A DNA stretch of 63,169 nucleotides, filler included, from Reticulomyxa filosa (GCA_000512085.1; 17 parts of 17 records of this genome joined end to end with filler, not necessarily neighbours in it); one strand, 5' to 3'. Shown: positions 1 through 14,495, counted from the whole stretch's first letter. Program-made: numbers and translations. The notes: generated by a model from the sequence alone, not told the origin.

Positions 1-390
1 GGAGAAAATCGATTCTATTCATATAGTGCCATTTAGGTATTGCAGTTTTTTTTGCAACCTAATGTATCATGATTTATAGTTTTTAAAAACGTGTCTATTA
101 AAAATTTTTTGGAATAAGTTATTTCATAAACCGAAGCAATCATTCTTTTGTGAATGCTTTTAATGGGAAACATCAAACGAACCAAAATTAACAAGAGATT
201 GAAATCTAAATTTCTCTTTCAAAAACAAAGATTGTGGCTTCATTTGGAATTGAAAGATGAGAATACAAAGGAATGATAACACAAAAATGAGACAATAATA
301 ACAAATGAAATGTCCCATACAAGATAATTGCAAGAGAATTGTGAAGAAAACCAAAAACAAAATAAGAAACGAGACTGTTTGCGACAATGG

Positions 391-3300
391 TTAATGCGAT
401 TTTTGTGGTTTTTTGTTTGCAAAAACTCCTCGTTGCAAACGAAATTTTTTTTTGGTATCTGAACTGGAAGAAGGCTTGCCGCGGTCTTTGCGTATGTAAA
501 ACTTGGTATTTTGTCTTTTGCGGTTGAACTTGGGAGTGTCCTTCCAATAATCTTTGATTTTGATAGTCTTTTTTTTGGCAATCATGTGGCTAATTACAGA
601 TTTACCAGTTTGCCAATTTTCAGTCTCTTTCAATTTATCGAATTTACCTTTGCTTATTCCTAATTCATGCCAAATTCTTGGTTTTTCACGCGTTGTAGCT
701 TTAATTTCACCAGGAGTTTTTGGTCTTGCTTGTTCCAAAGTTTTTCCTCGTTGCAACATTGTCAACATTCGAGTATCGACCATTAACCGTTTCGCCTTTT
801 CAAGTTGTTTTTTCTTTTTTTCCCCCCAAAAAAGGTTATGATTTTCTTTTTGCCTGTTTGCTTGTAGTTTAAACATGCGTTTATATAAACATATATACAT
901 ATATATTTTTTTAAACCAACCGATCGAAATGCAATTTTTTGAGAGATTTGTCCATTTGCGCAGTGACATCTTTGTTGGAGGTCATGTGAGTGATTTGAAT
1001 CAGTTTGTCTTTGCTATTTGTATTTGCATTGAAAGTTTTGCGTTTTTGGCGAAAGTTGCGAAGTAGTTTTGACCGGACTTGATTGAATGTTGACTCATTG
1101 ACATCGACGCTAGTTTGAGTATGTATTGTTTTATTTTATTTTTTGTGAGTCCCTTTTTTGAAGAATTACAGAAGAACGAGTGATGACAAACCTGAGAGGC
1201 GTATAATCATTTTTGAATTGGCTCTCTTCGAAAAGGGAATATCGTCTTCGATCAACCCAACACAAAGCGATCTCCTTTGCGCCAATCTTGCATTTGCCAT
1301 TTAACGTGTCAATCACTTGCGAGGCTACGAAATGACTGGAAAATTTGACCGCGGCATCGCTGTATTCCGTAAACACAAATGTGACATTCCACCCACACGA
1401 GTTGCTTTCATCTATTTATATGTGTTTGTTGTGAAAGATCAAAGAGGACAAAGACACACCAATTCGGATATCCTTGGGAATCCACAAAAATATGAATGAT
1501 ATGTGGCGTTTCAATATTTGCGAACAGCGATTCGATGTCTTTATTGCTTACATTCCACGGCAAATTCTGAAGCAACACCCATTTGGTTTTGTTCCTCACT
1601 TTCGATCCCATTCGAACAATATATACATAGTCACATAAGTGATATTGAATTTACTCATTGATTATATACATTACAAAAAAAAAAAAAAAAAAACATACAC
1701 TTTTCATTTATCGTGATTTTCTTTTTTTCTTTGAATAACATCGCCTATGAAAAGCATTTGAACAAGCAGCGTTGATGACATAACTGAGAGCAGAAACGAA
1801 CATGCAAAACTTAACATAGACACATCGATTTTGACACAATTTATATTGCAAGGCATGCATGACTTGCAAGAGGGGAAGACTGGGGTCGAATTTGACAAAG
1901 CAATAGCCACTGCTGCGTGGATGACGTCGATTGTGCACAAGACGCAGATGTGTGATAAGAGTGGACGGATCTGACTCTGCTGACACAATGCCATGCTTTT
2001 GGGCATGGCAATAAATCCACTGCCGAATGTCCTCTTCGCCAATGGAATGGTCGATATTGTCCAACAGTAACGACAATGAAATCGGCGTATCTCTATCTTT
2101 CACATGTTGCTCAAATTGAAGCTGTTGCTTCACAAACTGTTGGATGCGAGTACTGTCGGGATACCAATCGCAATACACTGTTCGTCCCATTTTTTTTTGC
2201 AAATGACACTTTTCCAACATCTGACACAGCAATGTATTATGTATCAAACAAATATGACAATGTTGATGTATTGTGTCGCATGCTCAATTGCAAAGGTTTA
2301 AAACATAAAAAATAAAATAAAATAACTTGTGTCGCAGCTTCGCAAGACTTGAAATCAACAACGGCGTGTCCAGAAGGGAATTGATTTTGATCGAAACAAA
2401 TTTGGACGCGAAGTGGAACAAGAGCATTGGACTTGCGTTCGGCCTTAGGGATGCACTGCGAAATGAACTGATGCAAATGGAGAGCGTTAACTTTCCAATG
2501 CAAATTGAGAAACAAAACGCGCAAGGTGCGATTACACAAATCGGCACGCAGACGATTCAACACACGAAGCGAGTCGACAAGCCATTTCCTTGCATACAAA
2601 GATTGCAAGGAATGAGGAGAAGAGGAAGATGATGGCGAATCCAAAAAATTCAATGTGGCTGCCGTACATATGGTAGCCATGGATTCATCCGACAAAATCG
2701 GTCTTTCGATAACAAACTTTTGTTTATTGGCCAAAATTGGCAAAATCATTTCAATTTGCTTACTGTTATAAAACAATAAAAACGCGTAGCCAGGCTTTGG
2801 TTGCACAAATACCTCTCCCGTTGACATTTCTGTGGCAACTGTAGTGGCACAATGGAATAAGTAAATGTCATACGGGTGGCACTTCGATGGCACGTCATAA
2901 AACAGTGCCTGCTCGAGTCCCTTTTCATTCATGTGCGATGGAACATTCTTCACTACCAACAGTCGTCCATGAAATGGATTCATATTGTCCACTTTCATTT
3001 TACTCGTTTTGTTTTTGTCTTCTGTCAACTCAAATGAATAAGGCCATTCTCTTTTTATTTCTATTATTTCTTTTTCTTCTTCATTTGTTTCGTTCTCACT
3101 ATTATTCTCATTTGTCTCTGCTGACTCTTCTTCCTCTTTGGCGCTTCCATTTTCATTGCCATTTACTTCGCCGTTTTCATTGTCATGTCCACTTAGACTC
3201 GGGTTTGGACTTGGACTTGGGCTTGGATCTGGCATTGCTACCGATACATCGTCAAATGAAAATAATCGCGATTCCTCACTGTTGTCTGCTTTTTCCATTT

Positions 3301-3530
3301 CTTCATTTTCACGTGTCTCGCCTTTGTTCACTGTCTCATCAAAGTCCAACATTGCAAAGTCGCGGTTCTTTTCTTCTTTTTCATTTTTTTCTTCTTCCGA
3401 TAACAACCTTCAGATCGAGTCCAAACCAAACACAATTCCTTTTTCAAGCCAAAACAAAACAAAACATGATAATAAGAGTATGCAAAATCCCAGCCTTGGC
3501 GTTTAACTCTGCAAGATCGTCAACGTCCAT
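391..3530 (-). CDS. Multi-exon RNA-binding protein with several divergent RRM domains, an acidic N-terminus and a basic C-terminal tail
   Basis: RNP2/RNP1-like segments in successive exons: LLVVKNVP..GYAFLLF, VLFLNLHWKV..GHAVVDF, LLLDNI..GYCFVKF, VLLQNLPWNV. ATG at 3530 (MDVDDLAE) splices in frame into ORF 2237..3406. GT-AG introns; some internal boundaries uncertain. Confidence 0.75.
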
Positions 3531-3708
3531 CAAAGATCTCAATATTGTTATTCAAAATAATGCCAAGTTCTAGTTAGAATTTTAAACCCTGCAAAGTAAA
3601 AAGTTGTACTTTAAGAAAATTTGGCAACATCAGATGCTATTAAAAATATTTCTCTAGCACTGTCTATTTCACCATCTTATAAATTGTGTTTCAGGTTAAT
3701 TCAAGTCA

Positions 3709-6700
3709 GTGATGATCAAAGACAAGTATATTGACGAGAACAAAGTGTTCACAACCGTTTTTGTTTTTTTTCAACAAAAAGACCCCAGCATCAAAGTACC
3801 TGAGACCATGCAACTTTTGGGAATAGCCAAAGATGCAGAAAACAAAACACCTTCAAAGACACAAACAACATTAGCAGTAAATGCAAGAAAAATAAGTAGA
3901 TTGGAAAAACGTAGTCGACATTTGGCAGTATGGCGAGAGCGTTGGTGTTTGTTGTTAGAACCAAGTAAATTCTATACGTACAAATCGAATGACTTTAGTC
4001 AAAAGCCCACGGAAGTGATTGACTTGGAAAAATTTTATGTACAAGAAGATTCACTCTCAGCGAATCACTTCCGTTTGTTCCGCAAACACAAGTTGAAAAA
4101 AGATGCCAATGATACCAAAAACGATGGTATGTTTTTGCTTAGTTTTTCTTGTGAACGTATAATATTTAAGATTGTTCTAAAAAATAATTTTTTTAACTCA
4201 GCCCCCTTGTTTTGTTTTCTTCAAAAAAAAAAAAAATGGATGTACAATTTGATATACAAAAGAAACAGCGGAAGAAAAGAACAAGAAGGATCCCCATCAC
4301 TTTCACTTCCGAGGTGATTTGAAAGATGTGTTGGAATGGATAACTATTATCCGTGAGTTGGAGAGCATACGTTATTCGGCCATAGCGCCTTATATCAATT
4401 GTGCATTAAACGCTCGCGCAAAGCAGCCAAGCGTGACGAAGAGCACCGAGTCCAACCAGAACACCAACACTAATGCAAGCAACGGCAGCACCCAAGAAGG
4501 AACTGAGAGCCAGGAGAAACAAAACCATTTGGACAATAACACTTTGAAAGCAGAGTCAAATACAACCAAACTGATTAAAAAGCTGACCCTGAGCAATCGA
4601 AACCTGCACGTTAATGACACAGCAGTCTCTCGCAATACAGCTGATTCCATTGCTGACGTAGGCATACCCAATGTCGATGAAGTTGAGTGACACAAACAAT
4701 CACATTGAACAAGATTTGTTTTTGTTTGAATAGTCAATCAAAATTCGTGTAACAATATACGATTGTAATGTCTGATAACTTAGGAATAATCAAAAACATA
4801 ATGTGACACAGGCATTGGTGCATCATCCGTCACAAGCAGATATGACTCAGCAAATAGCACAAGGTTCCTTACGGCCGAGCGTTGCAGCGAACTCTGGACC
4901 TTTGATTCCGAGATATCCACCTCCACCGACTCCGGCGTTGTCGGGACCACCACCGTCGAGCTCTTCGATGATTGAGTTTATCAAACGTCCCAATCATCTC
5001 TCGTTGCCACAGGAGTTATCGTATTACATTCCATTGGATCAGACTGCGCCGGAAAAGCACATATTCAATCAACTCAAAGACGGCGTCGTGTTCTGTTTGC
5101 TTTTGAATGCGATCCAACCACAATGTATCGATCTGCGATATGTGAATATCCCCAAAGCAGACCCGCAAAAAAATCCTTTGAATAAAACGCAAGTCTATGA
5201 AAACTTTTTGTTGGTGTTATCGACGGCCCAATCTCTTGGCATTTCTACCATCCAATACAATTTGGATCACTTTATTGACGCCTCCAAAAACTATGAATGT
5301 GTGAAAGACTTGCTGCTGCACTTGATCGATGCCCATGTGGACAAGTTGATCAACTACAGTAAATTCCCCGAATTGATACGCTTGCAAAAAACAAACGAGG
5401 ATGATAAAACTTTGGAAGGATTGACCAGTGAAATGTGGTTAACGCGGTGGATCAATCATACTTTGGGTGTGTTATTATTTTTTTTTTTTTTTTTTCCTCT
5501 GAATTTAAACACAAATTGGTCATTGCTTTGTTTGTGTTTTGTTTTGAATAGGAGAAGATTTGCATTCTTATCACATTGAAAACATTGACGGCGATCAATT
5601 GAGTGAAAATAGCAGCCAGTTTTATGTGATATTTGCTTTCAAACTATTCAAAGTCTTCCATGAAAAAGGACTGCCCAAACTGCTTCAAATGGAAAGAGAC
5701 GGCGTCTTGCAACGTATCGCCGGACATGTAAACACCATTGATGTGCAGGTGCCCGACTTAAAAAGCACGGATCGCAATTTGCATAAACTCATACTTGCTC
5801 ATATGTTTATGTCAAACCATGGTCTGAAGCCATTGACCGAGCAAGAGCGAATCGAAAGAGCGCTGGATAACTACAAATACCAAGAGGAATTTCGAGAACA
5901 CTTAAATGAAATTGAGGCACTCATTCATTGGATAAGATCGCTAGTGCCCGATGAATATGTTTATAAAATTGATCGTTGAGTGAAAAGGGTAGGAAAAAAG
6001 TTCAAAGAAAAGTGCTCCCCTTCACAAAACTTTTTTGTTGTTGTTCTATCGCACATGCACTCACGTGCTAAAGGTGATTTAATGAATGGAATATTGCTGC
6101 TGAAAATATTAGACCGAATTCACCCCGGAAGCGTAAATTGGATGAAGGTGAAAATAGCACCTAAAAATAAATGGGACAGTGTTTTGAATTGCAATTTGGT
6201 AGTCGAAATAATTTCAAATGAACCTTTTGACTTGAAGACAACTAATATTGGTGGCGTAGATATTGCCGATGGCAAATTGAAAGCTATTTTATCCATTACT
6301 GGACAAATTCAACGCTACTTTATGATTAAAACTTTGAAAGAACTCAAATTTGCCGGAAAATATGTAACGGATGATCAAATTCGTGAGTGGTCCAACTCTA
6401 TTGCTTTACAGTCACCGCATCAGTTCAGTCAACCAATCAAAAAATGGAACGACAGATCTCTATCCACCGGATTGTACTTTTTGGATTTATTGGCCGTCTT
6501 GGACACCAGTAAAACTCTCTTCGATCCAGTACAGTTCAGTTGTTTTTTTCCCCTTTTTGTTCTTGGAGGTCAATCAAATTCAATAATAATAACAAAAACT
6601 AGTGTGCACAAGGATTTTTCATTGGATGAGAGCAGTGGCATTGACGAAGCTGCCCTGGTCGAGAAAAAAAAAAGTAATATCAGTGCAGCAATAACACTGA

Positions 6701-7032
6701 CGAGGAAGTTAGGCGGAATATTGTTTGTACATATGGAAGATCTCATTGAAGCCAAATCCCAAGCAACTTTAACCATTGTTGCTACTATTTTAGCTGTTGG
6801 CTTGAGAATGGGAAATTTTGCTAGGAGCTTTGAGCAAAGGGTATCAGTCATCCCAAAAGATATTCCAAAAGATATCCCCAAGGTAAATCCTGTAGAACCG
6901 AATACCACTGAAATCAAAAAAGAAATACCAGATAATTCCACTATCAGCGATACTGCTAACTCTGAACTTAAAACGAGTGACGAAAAAAACATCACCGTAA
7001 TAGAAAATGAGGAAAAAAAATCTCAAGAATGA
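3709..7032 (+). CDS. Fimbrin/plastin-like actin-bundling protein (4 CH domains) with an N-terminal PH domain
   Basis: PH: LEKRSRHLAVWRERWCLL..FYTYKS..EVIDL..FHFRGDLKDVLEWITII. CH motifs: LKDGVVFCLLLNAIQPQCID, WLTRWINHTL, NGILLLKILDRIHPGSVNW, NIGGVDIADG, DRSLSTGLYFLDLL, AITLTRKLGG..EDLIE. Introns at about 4127-4262, 4688-4783 and 5468-5551 keep the frame. Start codon uncertain. Confidence 0.85.
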
Positions 7033-7585
7033 TAGTTTGAGCTTTTTATATGTTGTGTAAAAAATGTTTCCATGTAAAAACAACATTCAAACTTTTTTTT
7101 CTAAAGAAAAATATAAATTAAAATAAACTAATACAATAATAACTAAACAAAAGCATTCAATGGGGTGCATGCATTCCCACTGCCCATTCAATGACAGAGG
7201 AGTTGAAAATCCAGTAAACAAATTTTGTAGATATAACTATCATTTTTACAAAAATGGAAATAAAAAATTGTTCTGTGTTTTGGTGTTTGATGAAATGTTA
7301 AAATTAGTGATCTGTTTGAAAGTATTGCTGATTTCTTAGTTTTTTTGAAAGAGCGAATTCTTTCCATTTGTAGAAAAACCAACAATTACAGTTGGCCTCC
7401 AAAAATTTATTTGTGAGTTGCAGAATTAATAAACTAAAAATACTACAGAATTTCGTCCAATTAGTATCTCTTAATAAAGTTGAAAAAAAGCAAATAGCAT
7501 TGTGTATCGCTCTTTGATTTGTCACGCACTTTTCATCTTTTAAAAGAAAATTTTACACAATTACATGTGCACAGTCGTAAATTGA

Positions 7586-9094
7586 TCAACTGGTTGGAGT
7601 TAATCTAACCATCATGACTCCGTGAGGAGACACTTGTTCAGCAGTAAAAGACCCTTTGTACACACCCAAGTCTTCGTGTGCCCACAAGTCTCTAATCGAG
7701 TAACTAGTATCACTGTTGAGGCCCAATTGCGTCCATGTAACTGGAATATTTACAGCAGAATTATTCCAACGGTTTAAAAATACAATGGCATAGCCATCAT
7801 TGGACAAAGGTGTGCCATAAACGTTTTGATTCCCAGAATTTTGAGACGCTACCATTGTGCACTGTTGACCTAATGGGTCTTGGCTGATAGCAATTGCCTC
7901 TTTGTTCATTAATATCATCTTGGTATCCGCGGACATGTCACGGATATCACAGCCAATGATTAAAGGAGCTTTTCCAATGCACCACAAGGAAAAGTGTGAA
8001 ATGTATTCGGTGGTTGTCATTCCACCATTTCCGACTTCCAACTTGCAAGCAAGATCCCAACAAGCACAACATAATATTTTGCTCAATTTGTAAAAAAAAA
8101 AAAAACACAACACAAAAATACCATGTCAGGATCGTTCCATCCTCCTGGCCCTGCATCGGCAGCAGGTCCGTTGTTATCCCAGTTGCTCAACATTGAGTCC
8201 CAGTTGTCTGATATATCACCAGTTGTGCGCCACGAGTTGCCGACATCTCCAGCCCTGTGGAAGTGAGAGGATTGAGGAACATTACCAGAACATACATTGT
8301 TTGCATTTGAAAAAGTTTGGACTGGGTCACTACATTGTGTCTCATCTCTTTTTAACACATACAATATCCAAGGAGGATGAAAACGAACATATGCATTACG
8401 TATACATAGAAAACAAACACACCAAGTCCAAGGATCGTCCACTCCCCATTCGCACATACTATAAAAAATGGGTCGTCCAGTTGCATTTAGAGCGTCTCTC
8501 ATGACCGGATAGCGAGTCTCTGGGGGTATGTTATCATCGTAACAATTATCATATTTCAAGTAGTCGACTCCCCATCCCGCATATGTGTTTGCATCAATAG
8601 TTTCATAGCCTAAGCTACCAGGCCTTCCAGCACATGTGAAATTACCTTTTTTTTTGTTGTTGTTTGGATGATTTTTCTATTTTAAAGTGGACTCGCTTTT
8701 AAAAAGACATTGGAGACAAGCATACGCATATATCGTACGCATCAATACCTGCATCACTGTACAGGCCAAATTTTAAACCATTGGCATGTGCCAATTGAGC
8801 TAATGGCGCAATGCCGTCGGGAAATGTTGTCGGCTCGGGGATGATGACATTGGTTCCTGGTGTCCTTGCATATGCCCAACAATCATCCATGTTTACGTAT
8901 ACATAGCCCACTGAACTAAGATTGGTTGTTATCATTGCTTGGATTGTCTCTTGGATTAGAGTTTGATCAATGTTACAATGAAACGCATTCCAAGAGTTCC
9001 AGCCCATTTGTGGAGTAAGGCCCAAACCATTGTTCAAGCCTTTGGCAATACCTAACCAACCTACAAGTGAATACAATAAAAGCATTGCACTCAT
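7586..9094 (-). CDS. Secreted alpha-galactosidase (GH27)
   Basis: Signal peptide followed by [64 protein letters not shown] and RDLW, all typical of GH27. Multi-exon. Confidence 0.95.
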
Positions 9095-9969
9095 TTACTT
9101 AAAAGAAAAGGGAAAGATCCAGTTTCAGAGTCAAAAGTCTGATTAAAGTCTTTTCTTTGTATTATCTTTTCCGAATTACAATTAATAACAATATTTTATG
9201 TTTAATTCACACCTAGCATTACTTAATTATGTTTCCCAATAAGTACTAAAAAAAAGTTTTTTAAAACGAGAACTTTTCTCTAAACTTTTAGGGGTTTTAA
9301 ATTCGTTTTGTCTTTTGTTTGTTTTGATATTGTGTTAAGAACAACATGTTCGATACAATGCCGTTTCAAGAGGAATTTCAAAAGTTAAGCTTTTATTGGG
9401 TTGTTATAACGGGGCGTCTCAAACACGGTTTTAAAATGCTTGAATACATTTGTAAACCGCCAGTGGAGACGTAGAGTAACAAACATGTCTCGAGATATAC
9501 TTACCCGAGACGCAAAGGGTTTGATATCTCGGTACTAAAAACAATTACATTTTGTTTTTTTTTTGAGATATGTCTTACATTAATTTTGCAATACATTTTA
9601 CATTAATTTTTTGCATAATGTTTTTGTATTGATCATTGCAATTGTACAGATTGAAGCAAAATTGCATTGAAAAATTTTTCGAAATGATTCTTTTTCACAG
9701 CGCGCAAAATCGGGTTTTTTTTAGGGTTGAATTGGAATAACGTTGTAAATTTTAGATTTTTAGTTTCAATTGTGCTAAATTTATTAATTTTGATAGACAA
9801 ATATTTCCTAAAAGTCAAGCTCAAATCTGTAAAACGTTAAAAACATTTTTTAAGTATTCAAACGATCAAGAACATCAAAATTTTGTTTTGCAATCAGTTC
9901 GTTGGAAAGGTTTCTTGAAAAACAAAAAGGGCCTAAAAGTGCAAAAAAAAACAACATTTCTTAATATTG

Positions 9970-11549
9970 ATGGAGACAGTTTTAGACAGAGAACAAAAAG
10001 AAACATTAAAAGCCGAACCAGAAGCAACCAACGATTCAAAAGGTTGCCAATGTTGTACCATCTTTACACCAGACCGCAAAATGTAAAAGAATAAGAAAAA
10101 AATTTCCAATGGTTGTTGCCGCTTTAAAAATGTGATTGTTGTGTTACCAATAGCAAACGTGGCTATGAAACACTAAAAATTGATGTTCACGCACATATTT
10201 TGCCAGAAGTGATTCCGAATTTTCGTGAACAATTTGGCTACGGCCAATTTGTTTCCTTGAAAAAGACAGACAAAAAAGGAATTGTATGTACCTTCTTAAA
10301 ATTTTTTCCAATAAACGAGCAGCAAAACAACAAATATATCAAATGAACAGTCACACATGTGGCAAGGAGACAAGTTCTTCCGAGAAGTAGACGACAAGTC
10401 ATGGTCTTGCGAAGCACGTTTGGTAGATATGGATTCGGACAATGTTCAAGTTCAGGTACTGTCGACAGTACCAGTCATGTTTAGCTATTGGGCAAAACCA
10501 CACGACACATTGCGCGTAGCACAATTTCTCAATGACGACATTGCGAATCGTTGCAAACAGTACCCTACACGGTTTGTCGGATTAGGAACTTTACCAATGC
10601 AATCCATCCCACTAGCGATCCAAGAATTGCGACGATGCATCTTGGAATTGGGCTTAGTAGGCATACAAATTGGATCGCATATTGAAAAGTGGAATTTAGA
10701 TGATGAAATATTTTTTCCTTTGTGGAAAGAAGGTAACAAAAAAACTACTTTTGCAAAATAAAAAAAGATTATTTTTATTAAAAAAAAACAGCGGAAAAAC
10801 TGAATGCATGCATATTTGTACACCCTTGGGAAATGATGGGAGAGAAGGAAATGTCAAAATACTGGTTACCATGGTTAGTTGGAATGCCAGCAGAATCGGC
10901 ACGTGCTATTTGCTCTTTGATGTTTGGAGGAGTATTTAAGAAATTTCCCAAATTAAAATTTTGTTTTGCTCATGGAGGGGGCTCTTTTCCTCACACTGTT
11001 GGCCGTGTTGAACATGGATACAATTGTCGACCAGATTTGACTCAAGTCAATTTGCAAGGCCCTGATGAATCTCCTTTGAAATGGTTGGGACATTTTTGGG
11101 TTGATTCATTGGTCCATAGCCCGGAAGCATTTACATTTTTAGTAAAGATAATTGGACAAAGTTAATAATAACTGTTCAGTCTCTTATATTTGAAGTGATG
11201 ACTTTGCAATGGTCGTTACTTTTTTTTTATCACAGACAGAATTGTATTAGGGACAGATTATCCATTTCCTTTGGGGGAATGCTATCCTTTGAAAAGTTGT
11301 GGAGAGTTAGTTGAAGGCTATGGGCCATTTAGCCACAAAGATAAAAAGCAAGTGCTTTGGTACAACGCACTGGAATTTATTGGTAAAGATGAAAGTGTGT
11401 TCTTGAAAAAATCACAAACCGATACCAAATTAGAGCCACAGACGCTACAAACAGAGTCGCAAAACACTGGAGATGCTAAACCTATTGCAAATGAAAAACA
11501 AGACATTTCCGAAAACAAAGTCGTCACAGAAGAAAAAACCACGGAATAA
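9970..11549 (+). CDS. ACMSD: 2-amino-3-carboxymuconate-6-semialdehyde decarboxylase (amidohydrolase family)
   Basis: KIDVHAHILPE, STVPVMFSYWA, FVGLGTLPMQ, HPWEMMG, WLVGMPAE, AHGGGSFP..GRVEHG and GTDYPFPLGE. Short first exon METVLDR.. from ATG 9970 splices in frame. Confidence 0.93.
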
Positions 11550-13133
11550 TGTTGAAATATTTTTTGTGAAAACGTATCTTGGATGATAAAATTATTTGTA
11601 GCGTATGGTTGTTTTTTTTTTGTGATAAATATTAGAATTCGTGAAAGAACACACGTTTTGCAGCCAACGACAACTGTGTCTGTTTGGTTGAGGATGAACT
11701 TATTCGGCTATCTCTAATTTAAATAAATTGGCATCACAAAACTCTTTTCTTTACAGCTATTTGCGAGATTATAATAATTTTGAGAATAATTCATAAAATT
11801 ACCTATTGATTTTCAAACTCTTCAAAGTAGTATATTTTCCAATTCTTTCAAAAAACGACAGCAAATTGCGAATTTTCGTTATTAACAATTTGTTTTATTA
11901 CGATCTAACAAAACAAATGTAAAAATAATATCTTGCATAATAACGAATTATTAATGTCGATTATAATATTCTTTATTTCAAATTTTTTTTATTTAATCTA
12001 AAATTAGAAATTACTATATATACGAACAATGCATTTGATCCAATGTACTAAACAACTGTTTTATGTGTAATTTAGTATATAGTAACATCTGATAATAGAA
12101 GTAAATGTACGTGATGAAACAAACATATGAAAAAGATAAAGTACAAATTTATATAGTTCATTCAATAAAGTAATTAAAAAGACAAACAGCTTAAAATTCT
12201 TTTGATTTCTGAAATGTCTTTGTAGTGAAAAACAGATTGTTCAGTTTTGTAAAGTTGGTTTTCCAGTAATTATTACAAATAAAGAGATAAAAAAATCTGC
12301 GTTTACCCTTTTTTTTACGACCCAAACAAACACAACTTAATGTTTTTGTTATGTGTTGTCATAAGAAAAAAACATCGATTAAGTTTTAAAAAATTAATTC
12401 ACTTTTCTCTGTTCACAAATGATATTTTCAATTTTTCTTTTGTTAAAATCAATTTTACATCGATTTTTTAGAGTATTTTTTTTTCAAATTTTCTACGTGA
12501 AAACGTTATGTCTACATAAATTAGCAAATCAATTTATTTGTTTGTGTAATCTGTTTGTTTTTAAAAGTTTAACAGCTGTGGACAACACTCTGAAAGAACT
12601 CAAAAATAGGTATGATTACATAAAATTTCATACTTTATTTAATACAAAATGTGAAGTAAATACAATTGCGGCATATAGAATTATTTATAAACTCCAGTAC
12701 ACCATAACTAGTGGCATCAATGGCTAAACAACTGTCACAAAATAATGATTAATGCACATCAAGTACACAAGGAGGAATATAAGTCTTTTTAAGGTGATGT
12801 TTTGTTTAAGTTATCTACACTTTATTTGGGCATTCTATCATCATAGTACTAATAGTTGTGAAAATAATGTATTAGTTTTAGATTGTTGTATATCTGATTT
12901 TCAAATGTTATCCTGAATATATTTTTTTGAAAACATAAAATGAGAATAAAAAAATAATATGGAATACCCCCTTAGAGAGAATAAAACTTTGCCAATAAGT
13001 CTAAGAGTATCTAATGCGAAGTGACTAAAAGTGTTTGTTTGTTAATATGCGAATTTAAAAATTTTTCTTGTATTCTGAAACCAAGAATTAAAAAAAAAAA
13101 TCAAACACACAAAGCAAAGAATAGACGGATTTG

Positions 13134-14495
13134 TTAAACATCCAAAGATTTGGTCAATGCAATCTTGATGGCGTGTTTGGCTTTGTTGATCATAGTAAGA
13201 TTGAAAGCGATAGAATCCAACAGCCCACTAACCGCGTAAACTCCTCCAACAATAGCGCATAAATTTACCAAGAAATCAGTTAAGGAAGGGCGTTGTCGAG
13301 AGATTCGCACCATATATTCATTCATTTCATAAATGAAAAATACTCCTGGTAACGCTACTTCTGTCCTCTCGTGTTCACTAGATGGCCGAATGTGATTGTA
13401 TTTATAGCTCGACCAATACTGATTCGAATATATACGATGACCCGTAGGGGAAATATACTCAGTTGGGATAATTTTCAAATAATATTGAAATACTCCTCCT
13501 CCCACTGTTTATGATTTTTTTTTTTTTTTGAAGCATTTTTCCGGTACAAACAAACAAAAAAAGCGTCTTTCCCTCCCTTACATACTTTCGGTGATAACGT
13601 GCGAAATCCCATTCAATGGAAACACTTGCTGTGGAAAAGGATCGCCAAAGGAAAGATGATGGATAGTGTGAGAACAATTAAATTTGGGGATATCACTCAA
13701 GACAAACTGATGGACGTGTCTGCCGTTAATGTTATGTGCCGCTCCCAGTGCCAAGTGGAAATTGCCTTCAACTTTTTGGACATGAAGATGTCCTTCAATA
13801 CGACATCCTTCGTTTTGTTCTTCGCCCAATTGTATTGTCTGCAAGCCTTTTAAACTATTTTTTTTTTTTTTAAGCAAAACAAAAAAAATGTATATACATA
13901 TTTTTTTTTTAAAAAAACGAAAGCAAACAAAAAAACCTGAGATAAATGGTCTATTGTTCATCCTTCTTCCATTTCTATCCAAACGATATTTGCGAATATC
14001 CGCTTGAACATGTACTTGTTGTTCGCCAGATACATCCATCGCATCTATACCCAGCGCTGTATTTGAAATGTGTAGGCAAAAACAACACAGATTGGTTGTC
14101 TACATATTTGATTTTGCAATATATCCCTCTAACAATGCCAATATCTGTTTTTTCAAAAGGATGGAATAAAAAGAAGGCAAAATACATACGTACATACATA
14201 CACAAGGTATGCGTGGGAACTCAATGTCGATGTGTATGTGTAGCTTGCTGTCGAACATTGTATCGACTATCAACTCCTCTTTTGCTTTTGGAAATAAATA
14301 AAAATATAGCTCTGACATCACCAGCCAGGCAATTAGACAAGATACAACCACTGACACCATTCCACCAAATTGCGTTTGAACACGTTGTGCGGTTTCCGTT
14401 TCCGTTTCAAACTTTGGAAACAAATCCAGTTGTTTTATTGTCTCGGATACCCTTAAATTCTTTTTAGCATGTCTTCGAGTTAACTCTTGTTTCAT
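13134..14495 (-). CDS. ER-Golgi intermediate compartment protein (ERGIC3/Erv46 family)
   Basis: LDLFPK..GGMVSVV (TM), IDIEFPRIPC, DAMDVSGEQQ, EGCRIEGHLHVQKVEGNFH, SHTIHHLSFG, FQYYLKIIPTEY, LPGVFFIYE and LCAIVGGVYAV (TM). Confidence 0.93.

Noticed and set aside
2887-3573. Long antisense and alternative-frame ORFs (also 29456..30016, 36698..37288, 20343..20828, 44748..44975, 51068..51340)
   Set aside because: Shadows of low-complexity coding sequence or T-rich tracts; no domain signal.
9496-9505. ATACTTACC resembling the U1 snRNA 5' end
   Set aside because: Not followed by TG, and no recognisable U1-70K/U1A loops or U1 fold downstream.
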